From the NCBI GenBank assembly GCA_963806185.1, contig CAWDXE010000007.1, positions 256,001 to 320,000 on the forward strand: a stretch of DNA of 64,000 nt. The letters run 5' to 3'. Positions 10,347-20,034 of the stretch are shown in pieces (the first letter of the stretch is position 1; every line of letters starts with the position of its first letter). The notes under the pieces are model-generated. The model ran no database searches. It had not been told where the DNA came from and was given only the letters and a program-made list of their open reading frames with translations. Source of the DNA: an uncultured candidate division Zixibacteria bacterium (lineage in GTDB: Bacteria; Zixibacteria; MSB-5A5; GN15; FEB-12). The translations under genes were made by a program, and so were the position numbers.

Positions 10347-12002
10347 ATGCTGAGATTCGTTGATTATCCGATCAAGGTCAAACTTGCCTTTATGATAGTG
10401 GCAACTACGCTTGGCGCGCTGGCGGTAGCCTTCGCCATATTTGTCGTAAATGACCGCGACGCTGCGAAGACCGCGATGGTCAACCACCTGACCATTCTCG
10501 CTCAAACGGAGGCTTCCAATTGCGCCAGTGCGGTGAGTTTTGACGATGCCGCGACGGCCACCGAACAACTGGCGGCGCTGGGCTTTGACTCGCATATCGT
10601 CGCCGCCACCATCGTGCGAAAAGACGGACGGATTTTTGCCGAGTACAATCCCAGGAGTGTCCAGTACGGCCCAACAAGCTACCCGGCGGCCAACAGTCAT
10701 GAATTCAGGAACGATGAGCTGGTCGTCTCCCGCGATATCAGCGCTGAGAGCAAGGTGATCGGATTCGTCATTATCCGTTCCGATCTGACGGCGTTGAGCG
10801 AGCGGTTCTGGTGGTTTATTCGTATGTCCGGCGCGACGATCACCATTACGTTCCTATTGTCCTGGCTGATTGTCTGGCTGGGTAACAGGATTATCGCCCG
10901 GCCGCTCGTTGAACTGACCAGATCAGCCAACGCGATAGCCCTGGGTGACATTCAGCAGGACGTCAATTTCGCTTCCAAAGACGAAATCGGACGATTGTAT
11001 GAATCGTTTCGCCATCTAATGACTTATCTCAAAGATCTGGTCGGCGTCGCGCAGCAGGTGGCGGCGAATAATCTTGCCGTGGAGATTACGCCGAAGTCTG
11101 AACAGGATCTGCTCGCCCGCGCTTTCAAGCAAATGGTGCTCAACCTGAACAGTATCATCGTTCAGTTGAGCGAACAGAGCAAGAGCATGGTCTCGGCGGC
11201 GTCCGAGATCAGCAGTTCATCCGAAGAAATGTCGGCTGGCGCCCGCGAACAGGCCAAGCGGATCGCGGAGATATCGTCCACGGTCGAGGAATTCAGTGTC
11301 TCTGTGCACGAATCGGCCACCAACGCGAGTACGGCTTCATCGGTCTCGCAGAGTGCTTCCGATTGCGCCTCGACGGGCGGGCAGCTGGTCACCGAGACCA
11401 TTCGCGAAATGGTTCGGACCGAGACCGAGGTTCGGCAATCGGCCGACACGATCGGCAAACTGGCGAAATCGTCCGAGGAAATCGGTGACATTATCGGTGT
11501 GATCAGTGACATAGCGGACCAGACAAATCTCCTGGCCCTTAATGCCGCCATCGAAGCTGCGCGGGCTGGAGAGTCTGGACGGGGATTTGCCGTGGTTGCC
11601 GATGAAGTTCGCAAGTTGGCTGATCGAACCGTGCATGCCACAAAACAGATTGCCACCATGGTACAAGGCATCCAGAAAGAGACCGGACTAGCGGTCAAAA
11701 CGATGCACTCCGGCATAGAGCAAGTGCACAAGGGACGGGAACTGGCCGATAAGGCGGGATCGAGCCTCAATGAAATTCTCGCTACCAACCAGCGGGTAGC
11801 CGAGATCATTCGTCAGATTGCCCTGTCAACGGAAGAGCAGTCGACCGCGGCCACTGATGTCGCCCGAAACCTTGAGCAGATCTCCGTTGTCACCAAGGAA
11901 ACAGCCGCCGGGGCGGTACAATCGGCCCAGGCCGCCGAGCAATTGAATGTACAGGCCGAGACGCTGCAGAGGATGGTCAGTCAGTTTCGACTCGCCAAGT
12001 GA
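10347..12002 (+). CDS. Methyl-accepting chemotaxis protein with CHASE8-like sensor and HAMP domains
   Basis: TM-sensor-TM ([34 protein letters not shown]), HAMP (SKDEIGRL), signalling core [37 protein letters not shown]. Alternative start at 10302. Confidence 0.93.
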   Translation: MLRFVDYPIKVKLAFMIVATTLGALAVAFAIFVVNDRDAAKTAMVNHLTILAQTEASNCASAVSFDDAATATEQLAALGFDSHIVAATIVRKDGRIFAEYNPRSVQYGPTSYPAANSHEFRNDELVVSRDISAESKVIGFVIIRSDLTALSERFWWFIRMSGATITITFLLSWLIVWLGNRIIARPLVELTRSANAIALGDIQQDVNFASKDEIGRLYESFRHLMTYLKDLVGVAQQVAANNLAVEITPKSEQDLLARAFKQMVLNLNSIIVQLSEQSKSMVSAASEISSSSEEMSAGAREQAKRIAEISSTVEEFSVSVHESATNASTASSVSQSASDCASTGGQLVTETIREMVRTETEVRQSADTIGKLAKSSEEIGDIIGVISDIADQTNLLALNAAIEAARAGESGRGFAVVADEVRKLADRTVHATKQIATMVQGIQKETGLAVKTMHSGIEQVHKGRELADKAGSSLNEILATNQRVAEIIRQIALSTEEQSTAATDVARNLEQISVVTKETAAGAVQSAQAAEQLNVQAETLQRMVSQFRLAK

Positions 12003-12020
12003 GCCGACGGAACGACAGGG

Positions 12021-12064
12021 AAAAAGAACCGGGTTGGACGATTGTCCAACCCGGTTTTGCTTTT
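12021..12064. terminator. Bidirectional intrinsic terminator
   Basis: Perfect 13-bp stem AACCGGGTTGGAC/GTCCAACCCGGTT (12027-12056), flanked by A- and T-tracts, between convergent genes. Confidence 0.85.
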
Positions 12065-12087
12065 GCGGACCGATGAAAGGGCCTGAT

Positions 12088-13935
12088 TTATTGATCGCGC
12101 TTCGGTGCGGATACCGATTCGGGGCGTTTGACGTCGATCGGTTGAGGTAGCGGCTGACCGGCAGCGGCGACATTCTGGGTCGGGCGCTTGGCAGCAACCG
12201 AAGCCTCCATTTGCCGCCGGTAGTCAATACCCTTTTCTTTGGCGAATCCGAGTTCTTCGGCGTGGAGGTAAAGGTTTCTGTCACCCTCATCTTTGACCAA
12301 CTCTGTCTGAATCGGGTGAGCAACCGCGTAGGCGTCATGACGAATGCCGGTCACCATCCAACTGACTTTCACGTTCGGCTTATCGGTCTTGATGCTGAAT
12401 TGATTGTTGGCGATTTCAGAAGAGACAATCGCCTGTGCAAACTGCCCGATGCAAGTGAGTTGATAGCGAAAGTCCTTGTTGAGCGCGCCAAACCAGTCGG
12501 AGAGAGTAACGGTAGCATTGCCGGACGCGTCGGTGGTTATCACGCCGTCGTAGATATTCTTCATGTCGGGTGACTCAACGAACGAATGCTGAAGGTACTT
12601 GTTGGCTGGATCCAGGGGATGGTCAATGCGGAACGCCCCTGCCCCCTTCGTGAGGGTACCGGTAACAGTGCAATTGCCCTGGAAGTAACCAGCGTAGTTA
12701 GTCCCGCCACCGGAGGCTGAGCCAAAGACGCCGAATTTGGATCCTCCAGCGCCGGACGCTACCCCGTAGACGGCGACTTTGCCTCCCGTGCCGTCGCCAG
12801 AAGCGTTTCCGTACAAGCCGTAATACGAAGCGCCTCCGTTCTGAGCGACCAACCCCTCGGCGCCGATGAACCCGCCCTCAAACAGGCCGCCGAAGCCCCA
12901 GTTGTCGGCCGGGGTCGACTTGCCGTATACGGCAACGGCATCACTGGAGGACGTGTTGGTGAACTCGGCGTGGATTACGTGAGTGTTGCTCGATGGATAC
13001 CCTGACACGAATTGTGCCGCGCGAGAGCTGTCGCTGTGCACGTAAACACCTCTGCCGCGCTGAAAATAACCGGAATAGCCGCCGGCCCAGCCGTCAGAGA
13101 AGACGCCGATGCCACTATCGCTGCTGCAGGAGATCGCAGCCCCGGTGCCGAGACTCCGCGCATAGATGCAGCCGGAATTGCCATCGGCGATGAAGGTCGC
13201 CGCCATACCGCCGGTTACGCCCAGACAACTGGCTGAAACTGCCTGCGGATAATTCCACGTTGACAGATAAGAGCCAACGCCGAAGAGTCCAGCGGCCGAC
13301 GTCGTTGATGCGTTGAATGCCCGCACGGCATTGTCGTAGATACCGCTGCCATTGGCCTCAAAGAGGCTCGCCGTAAAGCCGCCGGTTTTGGCTCGGACCC
13401 GCAACTGTAAGCCGGCGGCAAGCGACTTCGTACCAATCAATACACTCTTCATAGTGTCCGCTTCCTGAAGATAGGAACCGGAAATTTCCCAGCCGGAAGC
13501 AAACGCCGACGGCAGTTGCCCGCCCAATTTATCGGCATTGTCGGCGTGCGAGGCCTGGTAGGCAAAGGCCCCGGTCGTGAAACGGGTGCGCGGAGAAATC
13601 TCCGGATCTACGTCGACTGTGATCCCGACGGTTAGAAGAGTGTCGGTTGCCCAATTCACGACCGGCAGCGCCGGCTGCGGCGACTGGCCGAGTTTGACTT
13701 CAAACAAGCCGTCGGTGAAGGTCACCGAGATGAAACCGCTGTTCCAAAGCGCGGCGCTGGTCCCGTCGTAAATCGTGAATTTCACCAGTTTGGCGCCGGT
13801 GTACGGCACACCGGTGCTGCTGGTCAGCCGACCCTGGTAGCTGATCAAGTGCGGAACCTCGGCCAAGGCCGCGCCGCATAACAGCAGTGACACGACGACC
13901 AGGTTGATTACCATGTGAATACGCGAGTGTGACAT
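12088..13935 (-). CDS. Secreted Gly/Ser-rich tail-fibre-like protein with conserved C-terminal domain
   Basis: Signal peptide; VPHLISYQGRLTSSTGVP N-domain; GVYG/AVYG beta-repeats; YAGYFQGN; C-terminal FRIDHPLDPANKYLQHSFVESPDMKNIYDG..FRYQLTCIG. Confidence 0.75.
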   Translation of the reverse strand: MSHSRIHMVINLVVVSLLLCGAALAEVPHLISYQGRLTSSTGVPYTGAKLVKFTIYDGTSAALWNSGFISVTFTDGLFEVKLGQSPQPALPVVNWATDTLLTVGITVDVDPEISPRTRFTTGAFAYQASHADNADKLGGQLPSAFASGWEISGSYLQEADTMKSVLIGTKSLAAGLQLRVRAKTGGFTASLFEANGSGIYDNAVRAFNASTTSAAGLFGVGSYLSTWNYPQAVSASCLGVTGGMAATFIADGNSGCIYARSLGTGAAISCSSDSGIGVFSDGWAGGYSGYFQRGRGVYVHSDSSRAAQFVSGYPSSNTHVIHAEFTNTSSSDAVAVYGKSTPADNWGFGGLFEGGFIGAEGLVAQNGGASYYGLYGNASGDGTGGKVAVYGVASGAGGSKFGVFGSASGGGTNYAGYFQGNCTVTGTLTKGAGAFRIDHPLDPANKYLQHSFVESPDMKNIYDGVITTDASGNATVTLSDWFGALNKDFRYQLTCIGQFAQAIVSSEIANNQFSIKTDKPNVKVSWMVTGIRHDAYAVAHPIQTELVKDEGDRNLYLHAEELGFAKEKGIDYRRQMEASVAAKRPTQNVAAAGQPLPQPIDVKRPESVSAPKRDQ

Positions 13936-14473
13936 CAGATTGTCTCCCGGTTGAAGGATTATTGTCTCGAGTCTGCATTTTCAAAGGGGTAATGACGCAA
14001 TATCCAATCGCTCATATCCCCCGGATATTGGTCGAGCACCGTCCACTGCCTTGGTGTACGAGAGCACATGATACGCCGTCATGCCTGAGTTATCGACCGA
14101 TTGTGTGGCCAATATAGGTCGAAGTACTCCAATTTAGCAATACCGAATTCATCGCGCCCAAAGGAGGGAGAAGCAGTTCATTTGCACCAATCTCGGACGC
14201 TGGGGAAAGAAGCAAGTTAGAGTGGTTTAACTGCTCGTCCCGTTGACTGCTATTTCTTTTCCTGCAACTGCTTAGGTGCATCTTTTCGCTTGACTTGCGG
14301 GCCGCGTCGGGGCTAGATTCGTAGGTCGATTTTTGAGGGCAGGGACGGGTTAGGTCGCCGTTGCGAAATTCGCGGGCGGACAGGCAAATGAGTTGGATGA
14401 TTTGACGTGTTGCACCGTCTTCTGAGGTAGTGAAGTACTGCCGCCAAGTTGAACTGCCAGCGAAGGAAACAAT

Positions 14474-15760
14474 TTGCTCGTGTCCCGAATCAAAACGGCG
14501 CCTCTCTCTTTTATTGTCTGGCTCGCCCTGACAGTCCTCGTCGCCTCCACTCCGGGAGCGGCGCAAGAGAAAGTCGCGGCGATTACCGACACGTTACCCT
14601 CTCCCTCTCCACTCACCCCGGACACTCTGGCCATCGCCAAAACGCCCCATCCACCCACGGATGTTCATGCTGAAGATCTGGACAATGACGCCGGCGGATC
14701 GCTCGAAATTGTCTGGACCTTGTCGTCTGACGACGTTTCTCCCTCCGGCAGAGTTCGACATTATCGAATCGAGCGGGCGAAATTGACCGGCGGCCAACCT
14801 GGCGGGTTTACTGAAGTCGGCGACGTATCGGCGGGGACCAAGGTATTTGACGACGGCCGGACCAGCGACGACGAGACATACATATATAGGGTCGTTGCGG
14901 TAAACGATTCCCTCTTTGATGACGAACCGGTCTGGCGATTTGTTGCGGCATCGGCCCCGAGCAATTCTGCGAAATCTTCGGCCCAGTGGTTCGACATGAG
15001 ACGGATCAATGTCTTCGTCGGCGTACTCCTGTTATGTGGCTTCATCATCTATTATATATCTCGGGCCAAGGCGGGTAAGGAGATCTTCATCCGCAAGATT
15101 GCCGGTCTTGAAGCGGTTGATGAAGCAGTCGGTCGAGCCACCGAAATGGGCAAGAAGATTTACTATATCCCCGGCTCTCAGGATATGGACAACGTACAGA
15201 CCCTGGCTGGAATCACCATCCTGGGCCGTGTCGCTGAACTGGCGGCGCAATACGATTCCAAATTGGAGGTGCCGGTTTCCCGCTCGCTCGTGATGGTGAC
15301 CTGCCGAGAAGTTTTGAAGGAGTCGTATGCGCGAGCCGGGCGAGTTGACGCGTTTCACGACGACCAAGTGAAATATCTGACCGACGATCAGTTTGGATAT
15401 GCGGCCGCGATTGACGGTATGGTGGTACGGGAACGACCGGCCACTATTTTTCTGATGGGCTCATTTTATGCCGAATCGCTGGTTCTGGCCGAGACCGGCA
15501 ACAGTGTCGGCGCGATTCAGATTGCCGGTACCGGGCAGCCGTCGCAGTTGCCCTTCTTCGTGGCGGCATGTGACTACACGCTGATCGGTGAAGAATTGTT
15601 CGCCGCCTCAGCTTATCTAAGCAAGGAGCCCCGGCAATTGGGCTCGCTGAAGGGGCAGGACATCGGCAAGGGGCTGATCCTGGTTTGTATCGTCATCGGC
15701 ATTATTCTGGAGACCTTCCACATCTGGAATATGCACAGGCTTTTTACGGTGATCGAATAG
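14474..15760 (+). CDS. Membrane module copy 1, subunit A: FN3-like periplasmic domain + TM + conserved domain (DUF6754-like)
   Basis: Signal peptide; FN3-like features (EIVWTLS, YRIER, YIYRVVAVN); TM; IRKIAGLEAVDEAVGRATEMG, YAESLVLAETG, PFFVAACDYTLIGEELFAASAYL. DUF assignment is from memory. Confidence 0.8.
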   Translation: MLVSRIKTAPLSFIVWLALTVLVASTPGAAQEKVAAITDTLPSPSPLTPDTLAIAKTPHPPTDVHAEDLDNDAGGSLEIVWTLSSDDVSPSGRVRHYRIERAKLTGGQPGGFTEVGDVSAGTKVFDDGRTSDDETYIYRVVAVNDSLFDDEPVWRFVAASAPSNSAKSSAQWFDMRRINVFVGVLLLCGFIIYYISRAKAGKEIFIRKIAGLEAVDEAVGRATEMGKKIYYIPGSQDMDNVQTLAGITILGRVAELAAQYDSKLEVPVSRSLVMVTCREVLKESYARAGRVDAFHDDQVKYLTDDQFGYAAAIDGMVVRERPATIFLMGSFYAESLVLAETGNSVGAIQIAGTGQPSQLPFFVAACDYTLIGEELFAASAYLSKEPRQLGSLKGQDIGKGLILVCIVIGIILETFHIWNMHRLFTVIE

Positions 15761-15761
15761 T

Positions 15762-16409
15762 ATGCGGCGCGAAGTACCATTGCTGATCACCGGAATTGTC
15801 GGAATCATATTCGTCATTCAATATTTCATCCCCCATTTTCCATTCGGCCGCATGGCCAATTGGTTTGCCGACTGGTTCAGTATTGTTGCAGCCTGTGCGG
15901 TGTGGCTGGGTGTCCTGAATCTTCTGAAAATGTCGCTTGAAAAGATCGTCGCTCGTAAGGCGGATTGGGGCTACGCCATTATCATTGTCGTCTGTTTCTT
16001 CCTGATAACGATTATTGGGTTTGCCGAGGGGCGGGATTCGCGCAACGTGGGCACCGGCTTCGACTGGCTGTATACCTACGTGTATTCGCCGCTCTCGTCA
16101 ACGATGTTTGCCATTCTGGCGTTTTTCGTCGCCTCGGCATCCTATCGGGCTTTTCGCGCCAGGAATCTTGAAGCGACCTTGCTTTTGCTTTCCGCCTTTT
16201 TTGTGATGCTCGGCCGCGTACCGGTAGGTGATCTGCTCACCGGATGGCTGCCGGATTCCATGCAGCTCTCCGGCCTGGCCACGTGGATTATGAACTTTCC
16301 GAATACGGCCGGCCAGCGCGCCATTATGATCGGCATCGCTCTGGGTACCGTGTCGTCGTCATTGCGCATTATCCTCGGGATCGAGCGTTCATATCTGGGA
16401 GGGGAGTAG
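15762..16409 (+). CDS. Membrane module copy 1, subunit B (polytopic membrane protein)
   Basis: About 6 hydrophobic segments; FAILAFFVASASYRAFRARN; AGQRAIMIGIALG..LRIILGIERSYLG. 1-bp gap after subunit A. Confidence 0.85.
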   Translation: MRREVPLLITGIVGIIFVIQYFIPHFPFGRMANWFADWFSIVAACAVWLGVLNLLKMSLEKIVARKADWGYAIIIVVCFFLITIIGFAEGRDSRNVGTGFDWLYTYVYSPLSSTMFAILAFFVASASYRAFRARNLEATLLLLSAFFVMLGRVPVGDLLTGWLPDSMQLSGLATWIMNFPNTAGQRAIMIGIALGTVSSSLRIILGIERSYLGGE

Positions 16410-16412
16410 GGC

Positions 16413-17432
16413 ATGACCGAACACGCCAAAGCCAATCCCAAAATGGAGATCATCGCAACAGCGGCGGCGTTCGTTGCGCTAATCCTCATCTATGTGGGGC
16501 GGCAGAATGACTGGTTCCCGGCGATCGTGATGGGAACGCTGGTGTCGACGGTGGTCGTGTGCCTGATCTTTGCCGGGCTCCTCTGGATTCTGGTGCGTAC
16601 GATTCGGGGTAAACAGGCCGAGCGCCGCATTGTCTTTCTCTTTATTGCGCTGGCAGTGTCGCTGCCGTTGTTCATGAGCCTCAAGCAGACCATCAAGATT
16701 TCGCCGGAAGCCGCCACCTTTTATGCCGGGTTGGAGAGTCTCCCGGCGGGTTCCAAAGTGCTCGCCACTTTTGACTACGATCCGCCGTCGGCGCCGGAAC
16801 TCCAGCCGATGGCAGAATCGTTCTTCCGCTATGCGTTTCACAAGAATCTAAAGGTGATCATCATGGGGCTCTGGCCGCAAGGACCTCAGCAGGCGAACCT
16901 GGCGCTTAACAAGATTCTCGCTGAGGATGATATCAAGGCGATGGGGCTGCGGTATGGCGTTGATTATGTCAATCTCGGTTTTCAATCGGGCAACGAGTTT
17001 GTTATTCAGCGCATGGGTTCGGATATTCGATCAATGTTCCCCACCGACATGAATGGAACGCCGTATGACAGTCTGCAACTTGTGCACAACGTGAAGAACT
17101 TCTCCAACATTGATTATTCCTTCAATTTGTCAGCGGGGTATCCCGGTACCAAGGAGTGGGTGTTAGTGGCGGTAGACCGGTACGGCCTCAAGATCGGCGC
17201 CGGCAACACGGCCGTGCAGGTGACGGAAATGTACCCGTACGTTCGCACGGGCCAGCTTATCGGCATTCTGGGCGGCATGAACGGCGCAGCGGAATTTGAA
17301 AAGCTTACCAAGGTACTCGGCAAAGGAACCCGGTTCATGTTGTCGCAGTCATTCGCGCACCTGATGGTCATTGCCTTCATCCTTATCGGGAATGTCGCCT
17401 ATTTCAGGCTCGAGCGGAAAGGACGGAAGTAA
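16413..17432 (+). CDS. Membrane module copy 1, subunit C (TM - alpha/beta domain - TM)
   Basis: ERRIVFLFIAL TM; FDYDPPSAPELQPMA; DYVNLGF; GILGGMNGAAEFE; FAHLMVIAFILIGN. Confidence 0.85.
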   Translation: MTEHAKANPKMEIIATAAAFVALILIYVGRQNDWFPAIVMGTLVSTVVVCLIFAGLLWILVRTIRGKQAERRIVFLFIALAVSLPLFMSLKQTIKISPEAATFYAGLESLPAGSKVLATFDYDPPSAPELQPMAESFFRYAFHKNLKVIIMGLWPQGPQQANLALNKILAEDDIKAMGLRYGVDYVNLGFQSGNEFVIQRMGSDIRSMFPTDMNGTPYDSLQLVHNVKNFSNIDYSFNLSAGYPGTKEWVLVAVDRYGLKIGAGNTAVQVTEMYPYVRTGQLIGILGGMNGAAEFEKLTKVLGKGTRFMLSQSFAHLMVIAFILIGNVAYFRLERKGRK

Positions 17433-17438
17433 GGCGCC

Positions 17439-18107
17439 ATGGAAAGCGGATTCATGTACCACTTCGCGCTCTGGGTAGCGGCCTTTCTCACGCTCGGCAT
17501 TATCTCATTTCTGTACCGTGACAACGTTTGGTACAAGATCTGCGAAGCGGTATTTGTCGGCATTTCGGCCGGGTACTGGTTTGTCACCTACTTCTGGGAC
17601 AACATCTACGGCAAATTCTGGATCGGCGTCTTTCCGCCTGGCGGCGGCGCCCGCACTGACGACTGGTATATGCTGCTCTTTGGAGGTGTACTGGGGATTC
17701 TCATGTTGCTGCGGCTGGTGCCGAAAATTGGTTGGATTTCGCGATGGCCGCTGGCCTTCATCGTCGGCGCCACGGCCGGTCTGTACCTGATTACGTACTT
17801 CGCGTCCAACGTGATGGTGCAGCTCCAGGATACGGTGCGACCTCTTTTCGGCGCCGCGGGCGAGACAGTCTCAATGTACGACGCCATCGGCAACATTGTC
17901 GTTGCCGTTGGCACCTTCAGCGGTCTGATCTATTTCTTCTTTTCCAAAGAACATAAGGGCGCCTTTGGAGCTACCGCCAAGGTGGGCATTTTCTTCCTCA
18001 TGATTACTTTCGGGGCATCATTCGGCTATACGGTTATGAGCCGTATGTCATTGCTCATCGGGCGCATTGATTTTCTCTTCACCGATTGGTTAGGATTGAT
18101 ACGCTAG
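17439..18107 (+). CDS. Membrane module copy 1, subunit D (polytopic membrane protein)
   Basis: AFLTLGIISFLYRDN..YK..E..FVGISAGY; YFFFSKEHKGAFG; LMITFGASFGYTVMSR. Confidence 0.85.
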   Translation: MESGFMYHFALWVAAFLTLGIISFLYRDNVWYKICEAVFVGISAGYWFVTYFWDNIYGKFWIGVFPPGGGARTDDWYMLLFGGVLGILMLLRLVPKIGWISRWPLAFIVGATAGLYLITYFASNVMVQLQDTVRPLFGAAGETVSMYDAIGNIVVAVGTFSGLIYFFFSKEHKGAFGATAKVGIFFLMITFGASFGYTVMSRMSLLIGRIDFLFTDWLGLIR

Positions 18108-19357
18108 TGCCACGACACGTCTCCATACATCGCAGGGCATACTCCCGTTTTGCGCTCTCGCTATTGGGTGTCTGCTTCTTTGCGGTCAATTCCCTCCTGG
18201 CCCAGGCCGACGCCGGCCTCACCGGAGATTCGTCTATTGTCGCCGTCCCGGTTGCACCGGCCACGTCGTTGATTGCGGAGGACCACAAGTACGACAACGG
18301 CGATGCCATCAGTTTGACCTGGGTGCCGTCGATCGACGACCAACTGCCGGCAGGTAAGCTCACCGGATATGCGCTGTTTCGCATCACCAATTCCTCCGCA
18401 CCCGAAAAGATCGCCGACCTGTTCCCCGGCGCCAACAATTATCTCGACGAGGGTCTCAGCGGCGACAGCAGCTACTCCTACTATCTTGTAGCGCTCGCCG
18501 GCAATGCGCGCTCGGAATCGATTCACACGGCGCAACTGACCCCCCACGTGGAATGGCTGAACCTCTCCCGGCTCAATTTGCTGCTCATCGCGGTCGTCTT
18601 CGGCGGTGCCGTAATCTACTTTATCGAGACCGCTCGCCGAGGGAAGAAGTATTTCATTCGCAAGATCGCCGGGCTGGATGCGGTCGACGAGGCAATCGGC
18701 CGGGCCACCGAGATGGGCCGGCCCATCCTCTTCATTCCAGGCATTCAGGATATGGACGACGTGCAGACCATTGCCGCCATTACGATTCTGGGGCGGATCT
18801 CTCGCACCATCGCCGATTATGATTCAAAAATTCTCATGCCCGTGTCACGTTCGCTCGTGATGACGGCCGCTCGTGAGACCATCAAGACGTCGTTTGCGGC
18901 GGCGGGTCGCCCGGATGCGTACAACGATGATTTTGTGCACTACGTCACTGATGAACAATTCGGCTACGTGGCGGCAGTTGACGGTATTATGGTGCGCGAG
19001 AAACCGGCCGCGACTTTCTTTCTCGGCGCGTTTTTCGCCGAATCGCTGATCCTGGCCGAAACCGGGAATTCGATCGGCGCCATCCAGATTGCCGGCACGG
19101 CCATGCCCACGCAGATCCCGTTTTTTGTCGCGGCCTGCGACTTTGCGCTGATTGGGGAGGAGCTGTTTGCAGCTTCGGCGTATCTGTCGGGTGAGCCGAA
19201 GCAACTCGGGTCGCTGAAGGGGCAAGATGTCGGCAAGGGAATCGCGCTGGCGACGATTCTAGTCGGCACGGCCGCCGTCACCATTGCCCTGGCCTGGCAT
19301 AATGAGTTCTTTGGTTCCGTGCTCCGGGTGCTTAACTCTGTCTTCAGGACGAACTGA
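18107..19357 (+). CDS. Membrane module copy 2, subunit A (FN3-like + DUF6754-like)
   Basis: Paralogue of 14474..15760 (IRKIAGLDAVDEAIGRATEMG; FFAESLILAETG). GTG start overlapping the upstream stop is inferred. Confidence 0.8.
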   Translation: MPRHVSIHRRAYSRFALSLLGVCFFAVNSLLAQADAGLTGDSSIVAVPVAPATSLIAEDHKYDNGDAISLTWVPSIDDQLPAGKLTGYALFRITNSSAPEKIADLFPGANNYLDEGLSGDSSYSYYLVALAGNARSESIHTAQLTPHVEWLNLSRLNLLLIAVVFGGAVIYFIETARRGKKYFIRKIAGLDAVDEAIGRATEMGRPILFIPGIQDMDDVQTIAAITILGRISRTIADYDSKILMPVSRSLVMTAARETIKTSFAAAGRPDAYNDDFVHYVTDEQFGYVAAVDGIMVREKPAATFFLGAFFAESLILAETGNSIGAIQIAGTAMPTQIPFFVAACDFALIGEELFAASAYLSGEPKQLGSLKGQDVGKGIALATILVGTAAVTIALAWHNEFFGSVLRVLNSVFRTN

Positions 19358-19362
19358 CGGTT

Positions 19363-20034
19363 ATGAAACGCGAAGTCCCACTGCTCATCACCCTGTTTGT
19401 CGCCTCGCTCCTGATCATTTCCGTATTCATCCCTCCACTTGAGAGTGCCGGAGAGAATTTTACTCTGTTCTTCGACATCATCGCCGTCTTTGCATTCTTC
19501 CTTGGCGGGGGGAACCTGCTGCGTGTCCATCTGGACAAAGTGATAAGTCGACGCGACCAATGGGGATATTCCGTAGTGACGCTCGCCGGTTTCCTGGTCA
19601 TGCTGATCGCGGGCATCTCCAAGATCGGCTTGGCGACTATCGCCACGCCGGTGACCAATGACGGCGGCTGGTTCCAGACGATCTTTGCCAACGTGATGTC
19701 GCCGCTCAATTCGTCGATGTATGCGTTGCTGGCGTTTTTTGTCGCGTCGGCTTCGTACCGGGCGTTTCGCGCCAAAAATCGCGAGGCAACTCTGCTGCTG
19801 ATTGCTGCGTTCATTGTTCTTCTGGGTCGCACACCGTTTGGCACGGTGCTTACATCTTGGGTGCCGGACAATTTCAGTCTGCTGCAAATTCCCAATTTGG
19901 CGATTTGGATCATGAACTCACCCAATCTGGCCGGCCAGCGGGCAATTATGATCGGCATCAGTCTCGGCGTGGTGTCAATGTCGTTGCGCCTCATCCTCGG
20001 GATTGAACGAAGCTACCTGGGGGATGACAAATGA
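19363..20034 (+). CDS. Membrane module copy 2, subunit B
   Basis: MKREVPLLIT; ALLAFFVASASYRAFRAKN; LRLILGIERSYLG. Confidence 0.85.
   Translation: MKREVPLLITLFVASLLIISVFIPPLESAGENFTLFFDIIAVFAFFLGGGNLLRVHLDKVISRRDQWGYSVVTLAGFLVMLIAGISKIGLATIATPVTNDGGWFQTIFANVMSPLNSSMYALLAFFVASASYRAFRAKNREATLLLIAAFIVLLGRTPFGTVLTSWVPDNFSLLQIPNLAIWIMNSPNLAGQRAIMIGISLGVVSMSLRLILGIERSYLGDDK

Noticed and set aside
12088..13935. Prophage remnant
   Set aside because: The protein has a signal peptide and there are no integrase, capsid, terminase or other phage genes nearby.
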